Part shown: positions 55,612 through 64,000 of the stretch, one piece after another
How the letters are laid out: each line of letters starts with the position of its first letter
Position numbering within the stretch: the stretch's first letter is position 1
Virus record (IMG/VR): IMGVR_UViG_3300030336_000001
Reading direction: 5' to 3' (one strand)
Length of the DNA stretch: 64,000 nt
Source: an uncultured virus (IMG/VR IMGVR_UViG_3300030336_000001)
Lineage: Duplodnaviria; Heunggongvirae; Uroviricota; Caudoviricetes
Translations under genes and position numbers: made by a program
The notes under the pieces: generated by a model
Seen by the model: the letters and a program-made list of their open reading frames with translations, nothing else
What the model was told of the DNA's origin: nothing
The model's database searches: none

Positions 55612-57876
55612 TTAGCTCACATAGGTTAGTTCATGGATTGCCCTGGTGACGCCAACATAGAGGAGGTTATACTCCTGTTCCAACTGCCATGCCATCTTGG
55701 CCGAGGGGTGTGGGCAGGGTGACTCCTCTGGTTGTAGGAAGTACACCCGTTCAGACTCAAGACCCTTGGCCTTGTGAATACTACTGAACTTGACGCCAGG
55801 ACTGACGGTGTCGTCTGTGAACAAGGACTTGATCTTGTGGATCACCCCCTCCACCGTTAACTGACCATCGGTGAAGCACATCACACAGTCAGCCCTGTCA
55901 TTGATGCCCATGATACGGGTCTCTGAAGGCATCTTCTTCGCTTGCTCCTTGGTTATCTCACCGAACCTCCACTCGTCCAGCTTACCAATCAAATCAGGCA
56001 CACTCTCAGCACCCATCCTGTTGACGAGATTGACAAGGTCATCACCGATCCTCCTCCCTTGTATCATGGCTCGCCTACCCTTCTTGAGAAGGCGGAAGCA
56101 CTGGTTAACCAGTGGTGCGTTGGTTCTGCACAACACCATGTCACCGTCCTTGGTTGTTGGTAAGTAAGTATCCTCGTATGGAATCTCTCGCACACCCTGA
56201 TCCCAGTAGTTACTCGACCGCTGAGTGGTGTACTTACCGTGACTGATCTTCCCTTCGTGCGTGTCGGGGAAGTAGGAGAAGTCTGGTACGATACGCCTAG
56301 CCTCCTCTACGATGGCCTTGCCACACCGTCTGGTAACGGTGAGGGGTAACTCCACACAACCGGCAGGGGTGTCATCCAACTCCTTCAGCATGCGAGCCAT
56401 GCTCTGAGTATCGGCTCCAGTGAAACCATATATAGCCTGCCTGTCGTCACCGCACATGACCAACCGCTTACCCATCTTCCTAGCAAGGGCGTGTTGGCAC
56501 CTGCCCAAGTCCTGGAACTCGTCGATCAGGAGCAGGTCGTATCGGAACACTGGTAGGTCCAGGATGACAGGCAACCAGACCATGTCAGAGTAGTCGATCA
56601 TACCCCTACTCTTCGGATCCTTGCACTTCTTGAGTATGTCAGGCACCAACTCCAGCAGGTTGTCACGATGAGTACCAACCTCCACGTCGTACCTGTCGAT
56701 CAGGTAGTCCAGATTATCCTCAGTTGGGTCACTGAGTGTGACCTTACAGAGCCGTACCAACTCTGCCGCAGCCGATGGTAGGATTGGGTCTTTCTCCCTG
56801 AGTACCCTAATGTCCAGACCAGTTAGTTCCTCCATGATCAGGTATGTTACTAGTCTGTCATCGTCGGGCACCTCCAGTTTACCCATCGACTTGAGTACCG
56901 ACCGGTAACCCAGACCGTGCATAGTCTTGGCCTCTACTCCTTGAGGCACCCTGTCTTTCAACACCCTTGCGATAGACGTATTGTATGCACACATGCAGAT
57001 GAACCTGGCACCCTTACTCTCCTCCAGAGAATCCCATACCAGAGCCTGTTGCTCTGATGGTGTGATCTTGGGGATGCCGCCAGTCACCATGTCCAAGCCA
57101 CCGATCAGAGTTGTAGTCTTACCAGTACCAGCCCTCGCCTTCACCATCAGGTGTGGTGGTAGTCCACTACGACGATGTTCTCTGGAGGAAAGGGGATCAT
57201 GTTCATGGGCTACCACTGTAGGCTCAGTCCCACTATTCGGTATAACTCGGAGGGGCTTTTTGATCTTGCTTCTGAGCATTGCGGATAGTCCAGACTTGCC
57301 ACCACCGGTTGATCTCGTACTCCCTGGTTCGGCAGAGTTCTCGCTGGTGTCGTTCGTACCAGTTGACGGTGAACTCTGAGAACTCGCCTGCGATCTCACC
57401 ACAGGGGTTGAGGATGGCTGGTACTGTGAGGGTTGGGTAGGGTCCGGGCTATGCTCACCCTCAGATTCATCGGTGATATCGACATCCGTATCTTCTACAG
57501 ACTGCACACCACCTTCGGAGGGGGTTGTAGATGTTTCGGTAGGGTTTGCTTCCTCGCTGATCTTCCCATCGAGAGTAGCCTCGCTCGCCTCCGCGAACGG
57601 GTCATCCACCACGGTGATAAGGTCTGGAGCTTCAACCTTCTTCACCTCTACTCCAACCCTACCAGTGTTGTTACTCCCGCCGTAGGGCTGTACCTCTACA
57701 CGGAACTTCTGTGCCGAGCGGAACACAACCTGTCTCTTGGTGGTAAGGTTGGTACAGTAGTAACGCCAACCCCTACCACGGAACCCTTGCTCAATACGGT
57801 CCACTCTTACCGTGGTGAGTTTATCACTCACCTTGGCCCTGTAGGTCTTGCCAATCTGAATCTCGTCGTGTCGCAT
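55612..57876 (-). CDS. UvrD/REP-like SF1 helicase with extended N-terminus
   Basis: ARAGTGKTT, IDEFQD, GDDRQAIYGF, SIHKAKGLE and YVGVTRA motifs. Confidence 0.9.
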   Translation of the reverse strand: MRHDEIQIGKTYRAKVSDKLTTVRVDRIEQGFRGRGWRYYCTNLTTKRQVVFRSAQKFRVEVQPYGGSNNTGRVGVEVKKVEAPDLITVVDDPFAEASEATLDGKISEEANPTETSTTPSEGGVQSVEDTDVDITDESEGEHSPDPTQPSQYQPSSTPVVRSQASSQSSPSTGTNDTSENSAEPGSTRSTGGGKSGLSAMLRSKIKKPLRVIPNSGTEPTVVAHEHDPLSSREHRRSGLPPHLMVKARAGTGKTTTLIGGLDMVTGGIPKITPSEQQALVWDSLEESKGARFICMCAYNTSIARVLKDRVPQGVEAKTMHGLGYRSVLKSMGKLEVPDDDRLVTYLIMEELTGLDIRVLREKDPILPSAAAELVRLCKVTLSDPTEDNLDYLIDRYDVEVGTHRDNLLELVPDILKKCKDPKSRGMIDYSDMVWLPVILDLPVFRYDLLLIDEFQDLGRCQHALARKMGKRLVMCGDDRQAIYGFTGADTQSMARMLKELDDTPAGCVELPLTVTRRCGKAIVEEARRIVPDFSYFPDTHEGKISHGKYTTQRSSNYWDQGVREIPYEDTYLPTTKDGDMVLCRTNAPLVNQCFRLLKKGRRAMIQGRRIGDDLVNLVNRMGAESVPDLIGKLDEWRFGEITKEQAKKMPSETRIMGINDRADCVMCFTDGQLTVEGVIHKIKSLFTDDTVSPGVKFSSIHKAKGLESERVYFLQPEESPCPHPSAKMAWQLEQEYNLLYVGVTRAIHELTYVS

Positions 57877-57910
57877 GTCTATTCTCCCTGGTTAGGTTTA
57901 ATACTCCCCA

Positions 57911-57919
57911 ATTATAACA
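57911..57919 (-). promoter_or_regulatory. Extended -10 promoter upstream of the helicase
   Basis: TGTTATAAT on the minus strand. Confidence 0.45.
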
Positions 57920-57927
57920 GAGCGGGG

Positions 57928-58209
57928 TTACTCTTCATACCGATCAGGGTCAAGCATCTCGTATACCAGACACGCCTCGGTTATGTCTTCCTCACTACGC
58001 CCCTCCTTCTCAGCCACCGCCCTGACCGCAGCCCTTGCAGCCTCCGCGTACTCGTGGCTGATCTGCCAGTCGTCGCACTGTCCATCCCTGTAGTGCTGCC
58101 AGATCAGACCCTGTATCCTCCGAGGAACCATAGCCCAGTGCTTCCTGCACATGAGCATCTCCGGCTTGACTGGTGTGTTACAGCATGCGGCGTGACAGGT
58201 GTGTGCCAT
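57928..58209 (-). CDS. Hypothetical Cys/His protein
   Basis: HTCHA..C..LMCRKHW motif, common in phages. Confidence 0.55.
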   Translation of the reverse strand: MAHTCHAACCNTPVKPEMLMCRKHWAMVPRRIQGLIWQHYRDGQCDDWQISHEYAEAARAAVRAVAEKEGRSEEDITEACLVYEMLDPDRYEE

Positions 58210-58659
58210 TTAGGTTCTCCTATACTTGCGTCTAGTTGGGTTGTACTTCTTACGCTTGTGCTTCGGTTTGTACATGGGACTCTTTGGGTCGGTGTACATC
58301 TTGATGCGTAGCATACTGGTAAGCCTTCCCTGTGCTGCCCAGAAGCTACGCTTTCTATCTCTACTGTCAAACTCAACCTTGTAGTGACAGCTTTTACACA
58401 GAGGTATCAGTGGCTCCAGGTCCATGCCGACCAACACTTCTCTGGAGTAAGAGGTATGGTGTATCTCACTGGCCCTGTTAAGACAGCACCTACACTCTGT
58501 ACCCTTCAATACTAGTACCCTGGTTCTGATGGTTGACCACAAGTCACTCATCAGGTAGGACCAGTATGATGGGAAGCCTAGTCTCTTGAGTACAACATCT
58601 CTCTTCTGATACTCTGTTAGCTCTTTCATCTTAAAACTCCACTCTTTCCTCCATCCCAA
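58210..58659 (-). CDS. HNH endonuclease
   Basis: CRCC..EIHHTSY..LIPLCKSCH. Confidence 0.75.
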   Translation of the reverse strand: MGWRKEWSFKMKELTEYQKRDVVLKRLGFPSYWSYLMSDLWSTIRTRVLVLKGTECRCCLNRASEIHHTSYSREVLVGMDLEPLIPLCKSCHYKVEFDSRDRKRSFWAAQGRLTSMLRIKMYTDPKSPMYKPKHKRKKYNPTRRKYRRT

Positions 58660-58734
58660 CAGCCGCCGTCCACCACTAAAATACTCCTTTCTAGAGTAGA
58701 AATCAAGGGGCGGCGGCGATTCCGGTAGTCAAAA

Positions 58735-59019
58735 TCAATTGCCGGGGAAGATTAGTAGTGGTATGAACTGTGGCTCCTCATCCTTGGGCCAGGTGAGGGG
58801 ATCATACTCCATGATGCGACCATTGCGGAGTACGTACCGTTCTGGTCGGGAGTATCTAGGGTAGTTAGAATCACTATCCCTCTCAGCCTTACCGTAGAAC
58901 TCTATCTCTTGTAACTCCATAGGCTCGTAGTCAGAGTGTAGCCTGTACATAACCCCGATGACCGTGTCCTGTGGGTACTTCTGCAGATGCTCGATCAGTT
59001 CCTTTACAGTGATCATCAC
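58735..59019 (-). CDS. Hypothetical protein (paralogue of 55313..55609)
   Basis: Sequence similarity visible by eye. Confidence 0.6.
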   Translation of the reverse strand: MMITVKELIEHLQKYPQDTVIGVMYRLHSDYEPMELQEIEFYGKAERDSDSNYPRYSRPERYVLRNGRIMEYDPLTWPKDEEPQFIPLLIFPGN

Positions 59020-59285
59020 ACAATTCTCCAGTGCTCGGGAAAGAAGGTAGGCTTGCGCTCAGGTGCCACCTCGATGCCACTCAGTCTCATCCGGTTGTGG
59101 TAGGCACAGAACCATGAGGCTATGTCCTGTTGGTTCTCATTCCACGACCGGACGGTGGTGAGTATCTCTTCGTACGCTTCGTGGTTCATCTCCAACTCAT
59201 TGGCCCACTGACCCGGCTTCACTTCCACTATGAAGTACAGGTTGTTGGTTATGGTCCTGGTGGGGTCGTAGTCTCTGGTTGACAT
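59016..59285 (-). CDS. Hypothetical protein
   Basis: GGAG SD; coupled ORF. Confidence 0.45.
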   Translation of the reverse strand: MSTRDYDPTRTITNNLYFIVEVKPGQWANELEMNHEAYEEILTTVRSWNENQQDIASWFCAYHNRMRLSGIEVAPERKPTFFPEHWRIV

Positions 59286-59294
59286 TGAACTCTC

Positions 59295-59714
59295 CTAGAA
59301 GTCGATGTCGGGTGGTGTGATAACGTCTTCGTCTTCGTTTGGGCCTTGCTCCTCACTATCATGAGAGCTGTGCTCATCAACAACGCCGTTGGTTCCCGGA
59401 TGTTTCCAGGGTGAGGCAGTCTGCTGACTATTCTTGCGTGGTGGCCTGGCGTTTTCCCTAGATTGGTTCTCCTTGGCCTGTGCCTCACGCTCTTTAGTAA
59501 GGCAAGGGTTGGACCAGCTGATCCTGGCACTGTCGTAGTACATGCAGATCCACAGCCCACCCCTACCCTTCTCCAGTGCTGAGTAGACCAGGGTGCCGTT
59601 GTCGAAGCACCGGACCGTACCCGCCTCCTGATCATGGTTGGCCTTGCACCCCACGTTCTTCAACCGGGTGATCATCTCCTTCACCTCGGCCTTTGTCATC
59701 ACTGATACTGGCAT
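59295..59714 (-). CDS. Hypothetical protein
   Basis: GGAG SD. Confidence 0.45.
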   Translation of the reverse strand: MPVSVMTKAEVKEMITRLKNVGCKANHDQEAGTVRCFDNGTLVYSALEKGRGGLWICMYYDSARISWSNPCLTKEREAQAKENQSRENARPPRKNSQQTASPWKHPGTNGVVDEHSSHDSEEQGPNEDEDVITPPDIDF

Positions 59715-59726
59715 GTCATATCTCCC

Positions 59727-60092
59727 TTAGTACTCATCCAGGTCGAACTCGTAATCACCGTCCACGAAGGAGTCGGTGCCGTCGTGGTCATACTCCTCTT
59801 CAAGGAACTCTTCTTGTTCCTCCCAGCATCTCAGGTCATCGTCGTACTCGGCTCTCGTCTCGTAGATGGTAGCGAAGGTGCTACCCGTATAGCCTACGCA
59901 GTGGTCGTTACCGAACGTACCCCAGTAGATAGTCAATGATTCCTCATCACCGACGAACCACTCTCCACTAAGGGAACCGTACTCGTACTGTTGGTTACGG
60001 AACTCAAAGTCATCTGCTAGTTCACAGATGCTCTTCAGACCGGCATTGTTCCAGTCTTCAACGTGGTATGCTCTGATCGTAGTCGTGCCCAT
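59727..60092 (-). CDS. Highly acidic hypothetical protein
   Basis: Asp/Glu-rich; AGGAG SD. Confidence 0.5.
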   Translation of the reverse strand: MGTTTIRAYHVEDWNNAGLKSICELADDFEFRNQQYEYGSLSGEWFVGDEESLTIYWGTFGNDHCVGYTGSTFATIYETRAEYDDDLRCWEEQEEFLEEEYDHDGTDSFVDGDYEFDLDEY

Positions 60093-60106
60093 TCTCTGTT
60101 GCTCCT

Positions 60107-62047
60107 TTACTGTAGGTTCTTGTTGAAGTCTTGAGGGTGCGGATACATGAACATACCCGACTCTATTGCCTCGTCCTGGTTATCGAAGGGACCGATGAGC
60201 ATACGCCCATCGTCCACGTACCACTGATTGTCAGACTCACTCATGACCACCGTCCATATCTGGAACATGATTGCACTCCTGTTTACTCTCCTAATCAATC
60301 AACTCACCTTCTCTACTCTACGGTCACACACGTCACAGCCACTTAAGTACCCTATCCAGTGTGTGTATTCTAGTGCCAGCTCTGCCTCACGTATGGTACG
60401 GAACCTTGCCAAGCGTTCGTTGTTACTGTAGACACTCCACCAATAGTGTCCTGCCCTGCACAGGTATAGCCTCTCGGCCTTGCGATTGGGTTCCCTATTT
60501 CGGGTCAACCATCCTGTTATGATGTGCACTACTAATCGCCTCCATCGTTGTCACACATGGTACTATCCTCCAGAGAACCGGGGTGGGCGATACCCCGGAG
60601 TTAGGTTACTTACTGATCTACTCTACGTAGCAGTCCTTGCCCATCTCTAGTCTCCTCGGGTTCAACTGTCGTCCACGTTCTCATCTAACACGTCTTCAAT
60701 AGCAAGCACCTCGTCGTTGTGTGGACAAGCGTGCCGCTCCGCTAGTTCTCTGGAGGAAAATACCCTAACACAGTCCATGAACATGGTGTAGGCTCCCTCC
60801 TCTACAGTCTCATACTCACTGAGGCAGCGGTAACGCTTGCTTAACCTGTGTTGTATTAGGAACATTGCTACCTCCATCGTGATTGCTTGTTGTTCATACT
60901 GTTGCTATCATTCATAGAACCTCAGTTTACCTGCTGGAACTGGTCGAACTCTTGACCGCTGATCGGCAGCCGCTTCATCAAGCGAACGAACCGGTGAACG
61001 TCGGCCATCTTGTCGTTCACTATCTGTTGGTTGGTACCGTGTGTAGACCAGCCATAGGTCTCTCGGTAGTACGGCACAAGTACTCTGCTAATCCACTTGG
61101 CTATGCCAGGTGTGTAGTGGTCCATTACTACCCCTAGAAGGTGTCTTCGTCTATGTCCTTGGGCTGAACCTTGGGTAGTGGTGCCTCAGCCTTTGGTTCC
61201 TCTTCAGGAACTACCCTTGCCGGAGGCATCAACTCTGACGCCCTGACCTTACGCTCCAGGTCACTGATCTTCCACCACAGCATGGTTACGATGATCATTA
61301 TGGAGATCATGGCCATCGTGTTGACGATCATGTACAGACTCACAAGGAACTCTTGGTCTTTCATAGCACGTCTCCAGTATAGAAGTCTAGCCAGCTAAGG
61401 TATTCGTAGCCGTCGGTTGGTAGTCTACCGTGCACCATCTTGAAATGACGCACGCCGTTGTAGTACCCCTCTACAAGATCGTATGCGTCACCGTCGAACA
61501 AGTCACCTATGTCGGTGAGGAACTGAGGCATTACAGTAATGATCCATTCTTGTATGGAGGTGTCGTACATCACTAGCTACTTACTCGGGGTCGGTGTTGA
61601 TGAACTGGTCAAGCTCTGCCTTGTCGTTAGGCAGCCGTTGCTTGCAGAACCTGAACGAGTTGGTATAGTAGAACAGGTCGTCGTAGCCACTACGATCCAG
61701 ACTAATGGCGTACTCACTCCAGTCCTCGACGTGCTCCAACATCCACTCATGAACCGGTGTGTAGTACTGTTCTCGTACCCTGTTCTCTACATCACTACGG
61801 TTCCGGTTCTCGTAGTGCATCAGGTCACGGTTGGTCTTGCTCATCGCTCATCCTCCGGTTTGTGTACTATGGGATCAAGGCGACACTCTTCTTCTGCCAT
61901 CCTTGCAGCTAGTTTGCACGTCAGTCTAGCGTCCTGCTCACCACTACCCTTGCCTATTAGGTCCACCCACTTGCTACCGTCGTGCCACTGGGGGTAGTAT
62001 CCCTTGCTGAACGTCCAGGCGATACGGTAGTTGTACTGCTCACCCAT
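60107..62047 (-). other. Cluster of small early-region hypothetical genes (60107-60298, 60299-60529, 60662-60877, 60922-61125, 61134-61364, 61361-61573, 61581-61844, 61841-62047)
   Basis: Tightly packed co-oriented short ORFs, most with SD-like sites. Confidence 0.5.
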
Positions 62048-62433
62048 TACTCTCCTCCCTCATAGATGTCGTTGTCCATCTCTACCACTATTACGGTCAG
62101 TGCTGCTAGTCCAAGCAGTGTGACCAGCACAGCCAGTACGATTGTCAAGAGCATGGTATTACTCTCCAGAGAGGGGGGCCGGGCGATAGCCCCAGGTTAG
62201 GACTGGTTACGACGGGTAGGTCAACTGCTCGATACGCTGGGCGATCTTGAATCGCCGTGCCTTGCGTCGGTCACTCATCAGCTTGACTCGCTGTCGGCTG
62301 TCGTTGCGTGAGCTACCAGTCCTGGTGTGGGTACGGTGAATGCTCATCGGCTCGCGGGTGGACTCGATGCTGTTGTCGTACTGCATGTCTAGCTCCTGTG
62401 AAGGGCGATGGGTATAGGGCGACTAGGGTTGGG

Positions 62434-62646
62434 TTACTTGCTCTTCGGGAACACCTGCTTGACCTTACCCGCCAAGGGTAAGACCTGTCGGACCTTGCCC
62501 TCATCCATGTTGTAGCCGACCAGTTCGGCAGCATCCAGTTGGTTGTTGTGGTACGCTGCCTTCAAGTCACGGAGGTTACGGTAGGTCTGGCCCACGAACT
62601 TGCCGTGTCGGTAGCCAGAGAGATAGTATCGTGTCTTACGTGCCAT
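62434..62646 (-). CDS. Hypothetical basic protein
   Basis: AGGAG SD. Confidence 0.45.
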   Translation of the reverse strand: MARKTRYYLSGYRHGKFVGQTYRNLRDLKAAYHNNQLDAAELVGYNMDEGKVRQVLPLAGKVKQVFPKSK

Positions 62647-62699
62647 GTTATAACTCCTGTACTGGTAATGGGTTGCGTCGTTACGTCGTTGGTTAGGGG

Positions 62700-63311
62700 T
62701 TACTTACGGGACCACACCACACTGATGTACTTGCTCCCCTTCTTGATGAAACGCTCGCCGTCGTCACCCTCTGTAACCTTGAACGTAGGCTGCTTACCAA
62801 CTGGGATGTACCTGAACCTCTTGCCCTGCTTCACCCGGTAGTAGAGATCTCCCTCATAGTTGGGCTGCTCTGCCTGCTCGATTGGGGTAGTAGCAACCTG
62901 CCCGACGACGGGTTGTTCTTCAACAACTGGCTGCTCTTCGACCGGCTCGGTAACCCCGTTCACCGACTGGATGACAAGCACCACTTCACGCAGTACCTCT
63001 GGGGTAGTGACTGGTGGCTCTGTGCCAGGGTCATACGACTCGATGCTGCACAGACCCGATGGCATGGATCGACTGAGCATCTCGTTGCGTCGGGCATCGA
63101 CCGCCTCCCGCTGTTGCCGGTAGTAGGACATGGCTGGTAGGGCGAGCAGTGCAGAGATCGTGCTCATCAAGAACTGCCAGGCATCGGCTATCACCTGGCG
63201 GTCAGCTCTCTGGAGGAAACCACTGAACATGGCACCCAGGTACATGTCGAGGGTGGCGTCGATGCGGGAGAGGTTGGACTCGTTGCTGCTGTAGATGCGG
63301 TTGGTAGACAT
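62700..63311 (-). CDS. Hypothetical protein
   Basis: GGAG SD; EQPVV repeats. Confidence 0.5.
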   Translation of the reverse strand: MSTNRIYSSNESNLSRIDATLDMYLGAMFSGFLQRADRQVIADAWQFLMSTISALLALPAMSYYRQQREAVDARRNEMLSRSMPSGLCSIESYDPGTEPPVTTPEVLREVVLVIQSVNGVTEPVEEQPVVEEQPVVGQVATTPIEQAEQPNYEGDLYYRVKQGKRFRYIPVGKQPTFKVTEGDDGERFIKKGSKYISVVWSRK

Positions 63312-63394
63312 CGTTCACTCCGTACGTTGGTTAGGACTAGGGTATAGGGCGAGAGGTGGGCGACTGGTTAACAGTAGGGCATAGGCGTTGCTCT

Positions 63395-63940
63395 CTAGTA
63401 GGTGCTGACCGACACGGTGACGTAGGTAGGGGAGAACCCGGACTGCTGGGTGACATTCACCTCCACCTTCAGGTTGGATTCTGGCAGGTCAAGCAGGGCG
63501 TCTCTTGCTACCAGTGCTGACTCCTCAATGCCCTCACACTCGGACACCTTGTACTTGACGCTGAATCCCTTGGCGTTGCCGTTCATGGCCGACGGCTTGC
63601 AGCCGGTCATGTCTCCCAGTACCTGCATTACACGCAAACCCAGTGGCTTGAAGTACTTGCGTAACACGGACATCCTGTTCATGCTCTTGTGTTCCCTCAC
63701 GTACTCGACGTACTGCTTGTAGTCGAAGAACGGGTTGGCTGCTGATCGCTTGGCTCGCCTGGCGTACACCCCGTCGATGTACTTGCGTAGAGCAGTGAAG
63801 AACCGGATACGCTCTTCATCAGGTACCAGATTGTACAGAGTGTAGCTGTCTGGTAGGCACTCGTCAGCACCTAGTAGCTTACGTGCCAGTGAGTCTGCCT
63901 TCTTGTGCCACTCGCTCAGTTCCCCCATGGTAACCAACAC
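63395..63940 (-). CDS. Hypothetical protein
   Basis: 181-aa ORF. Confidence 0.45.
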   Translation of the reverse strand: MLVTMGELSEWHKKADSLARKLLGADECLPDSYTLYNLVPDEERIRFFTALRKYIDGVYARRAKRSAANPFFDYKQYVEYVREHKSMNRMSVLRKYFKPLGLRVMQVLGDMTGCKPSAMNGNAKGFSVKYKVSECEGIEESALVARDALLDLPESNLKVEVNVTQQSGFSPTYVTVSVSTY

Positions 63941-64000
63941 CTCGCTGGTTTGGATAGGAGTGACAGCTGTTCGTTGGGTGCTGTTCGTGTACTGGTCGTG

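Noticed and set aside
1..64000. Genome-wide TAG reassignment (code 15)
   Set aside because: Core genes are full length in code 11, and TAG terminates many genes at sensible positions
1..64000. Integrase, att site or transposase
   Set aside because: None recognised; lifestyle cannot be determined from this window

Overview
This window is most of a tailed dsDNA phage genome, probably a siphovirus. The host is inferred to be a planctomycete (Gemmataceae-like) from a Gemmata-type family protein, exported CxxCH proteins and a CsrA homologue. The + arm (140-31049) holds a split large terminase, portal, protease/scaffold, capsid, an accessory cassette (astacin-like protease plus two exported heme-c-motif proteins), neck, tail tube, tail chaperone with a -1 frameshift, tape measure and fibre genes. 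It ends in a glycosyltransferase/methyltransferase/radical-SAM cluster. The - arm (31118-63940) holds a primase-helicase, a putative thymine-hypermodification module, class II RNR, family A DNA polymerase, recombination genes, UDG, RuvC, a UvrD helicase and many small early genes. The most unusual element is a promoter-driven non-coding operon (about 46580-47234). It contains an amber-suppressor tRNA (anticodon CUA), a ~260-nt multi-hairpin RNA and two tandem non-canonical tRNA-like RNAs, although the genome itself reads in the standard code. A 14-bp motif (TYTCCTCCAGARRR) is dispersed in more than 20 copies. No integrase or canonical endolysin was recognised. All functional calls come from motif recognition by eye, not database searches.
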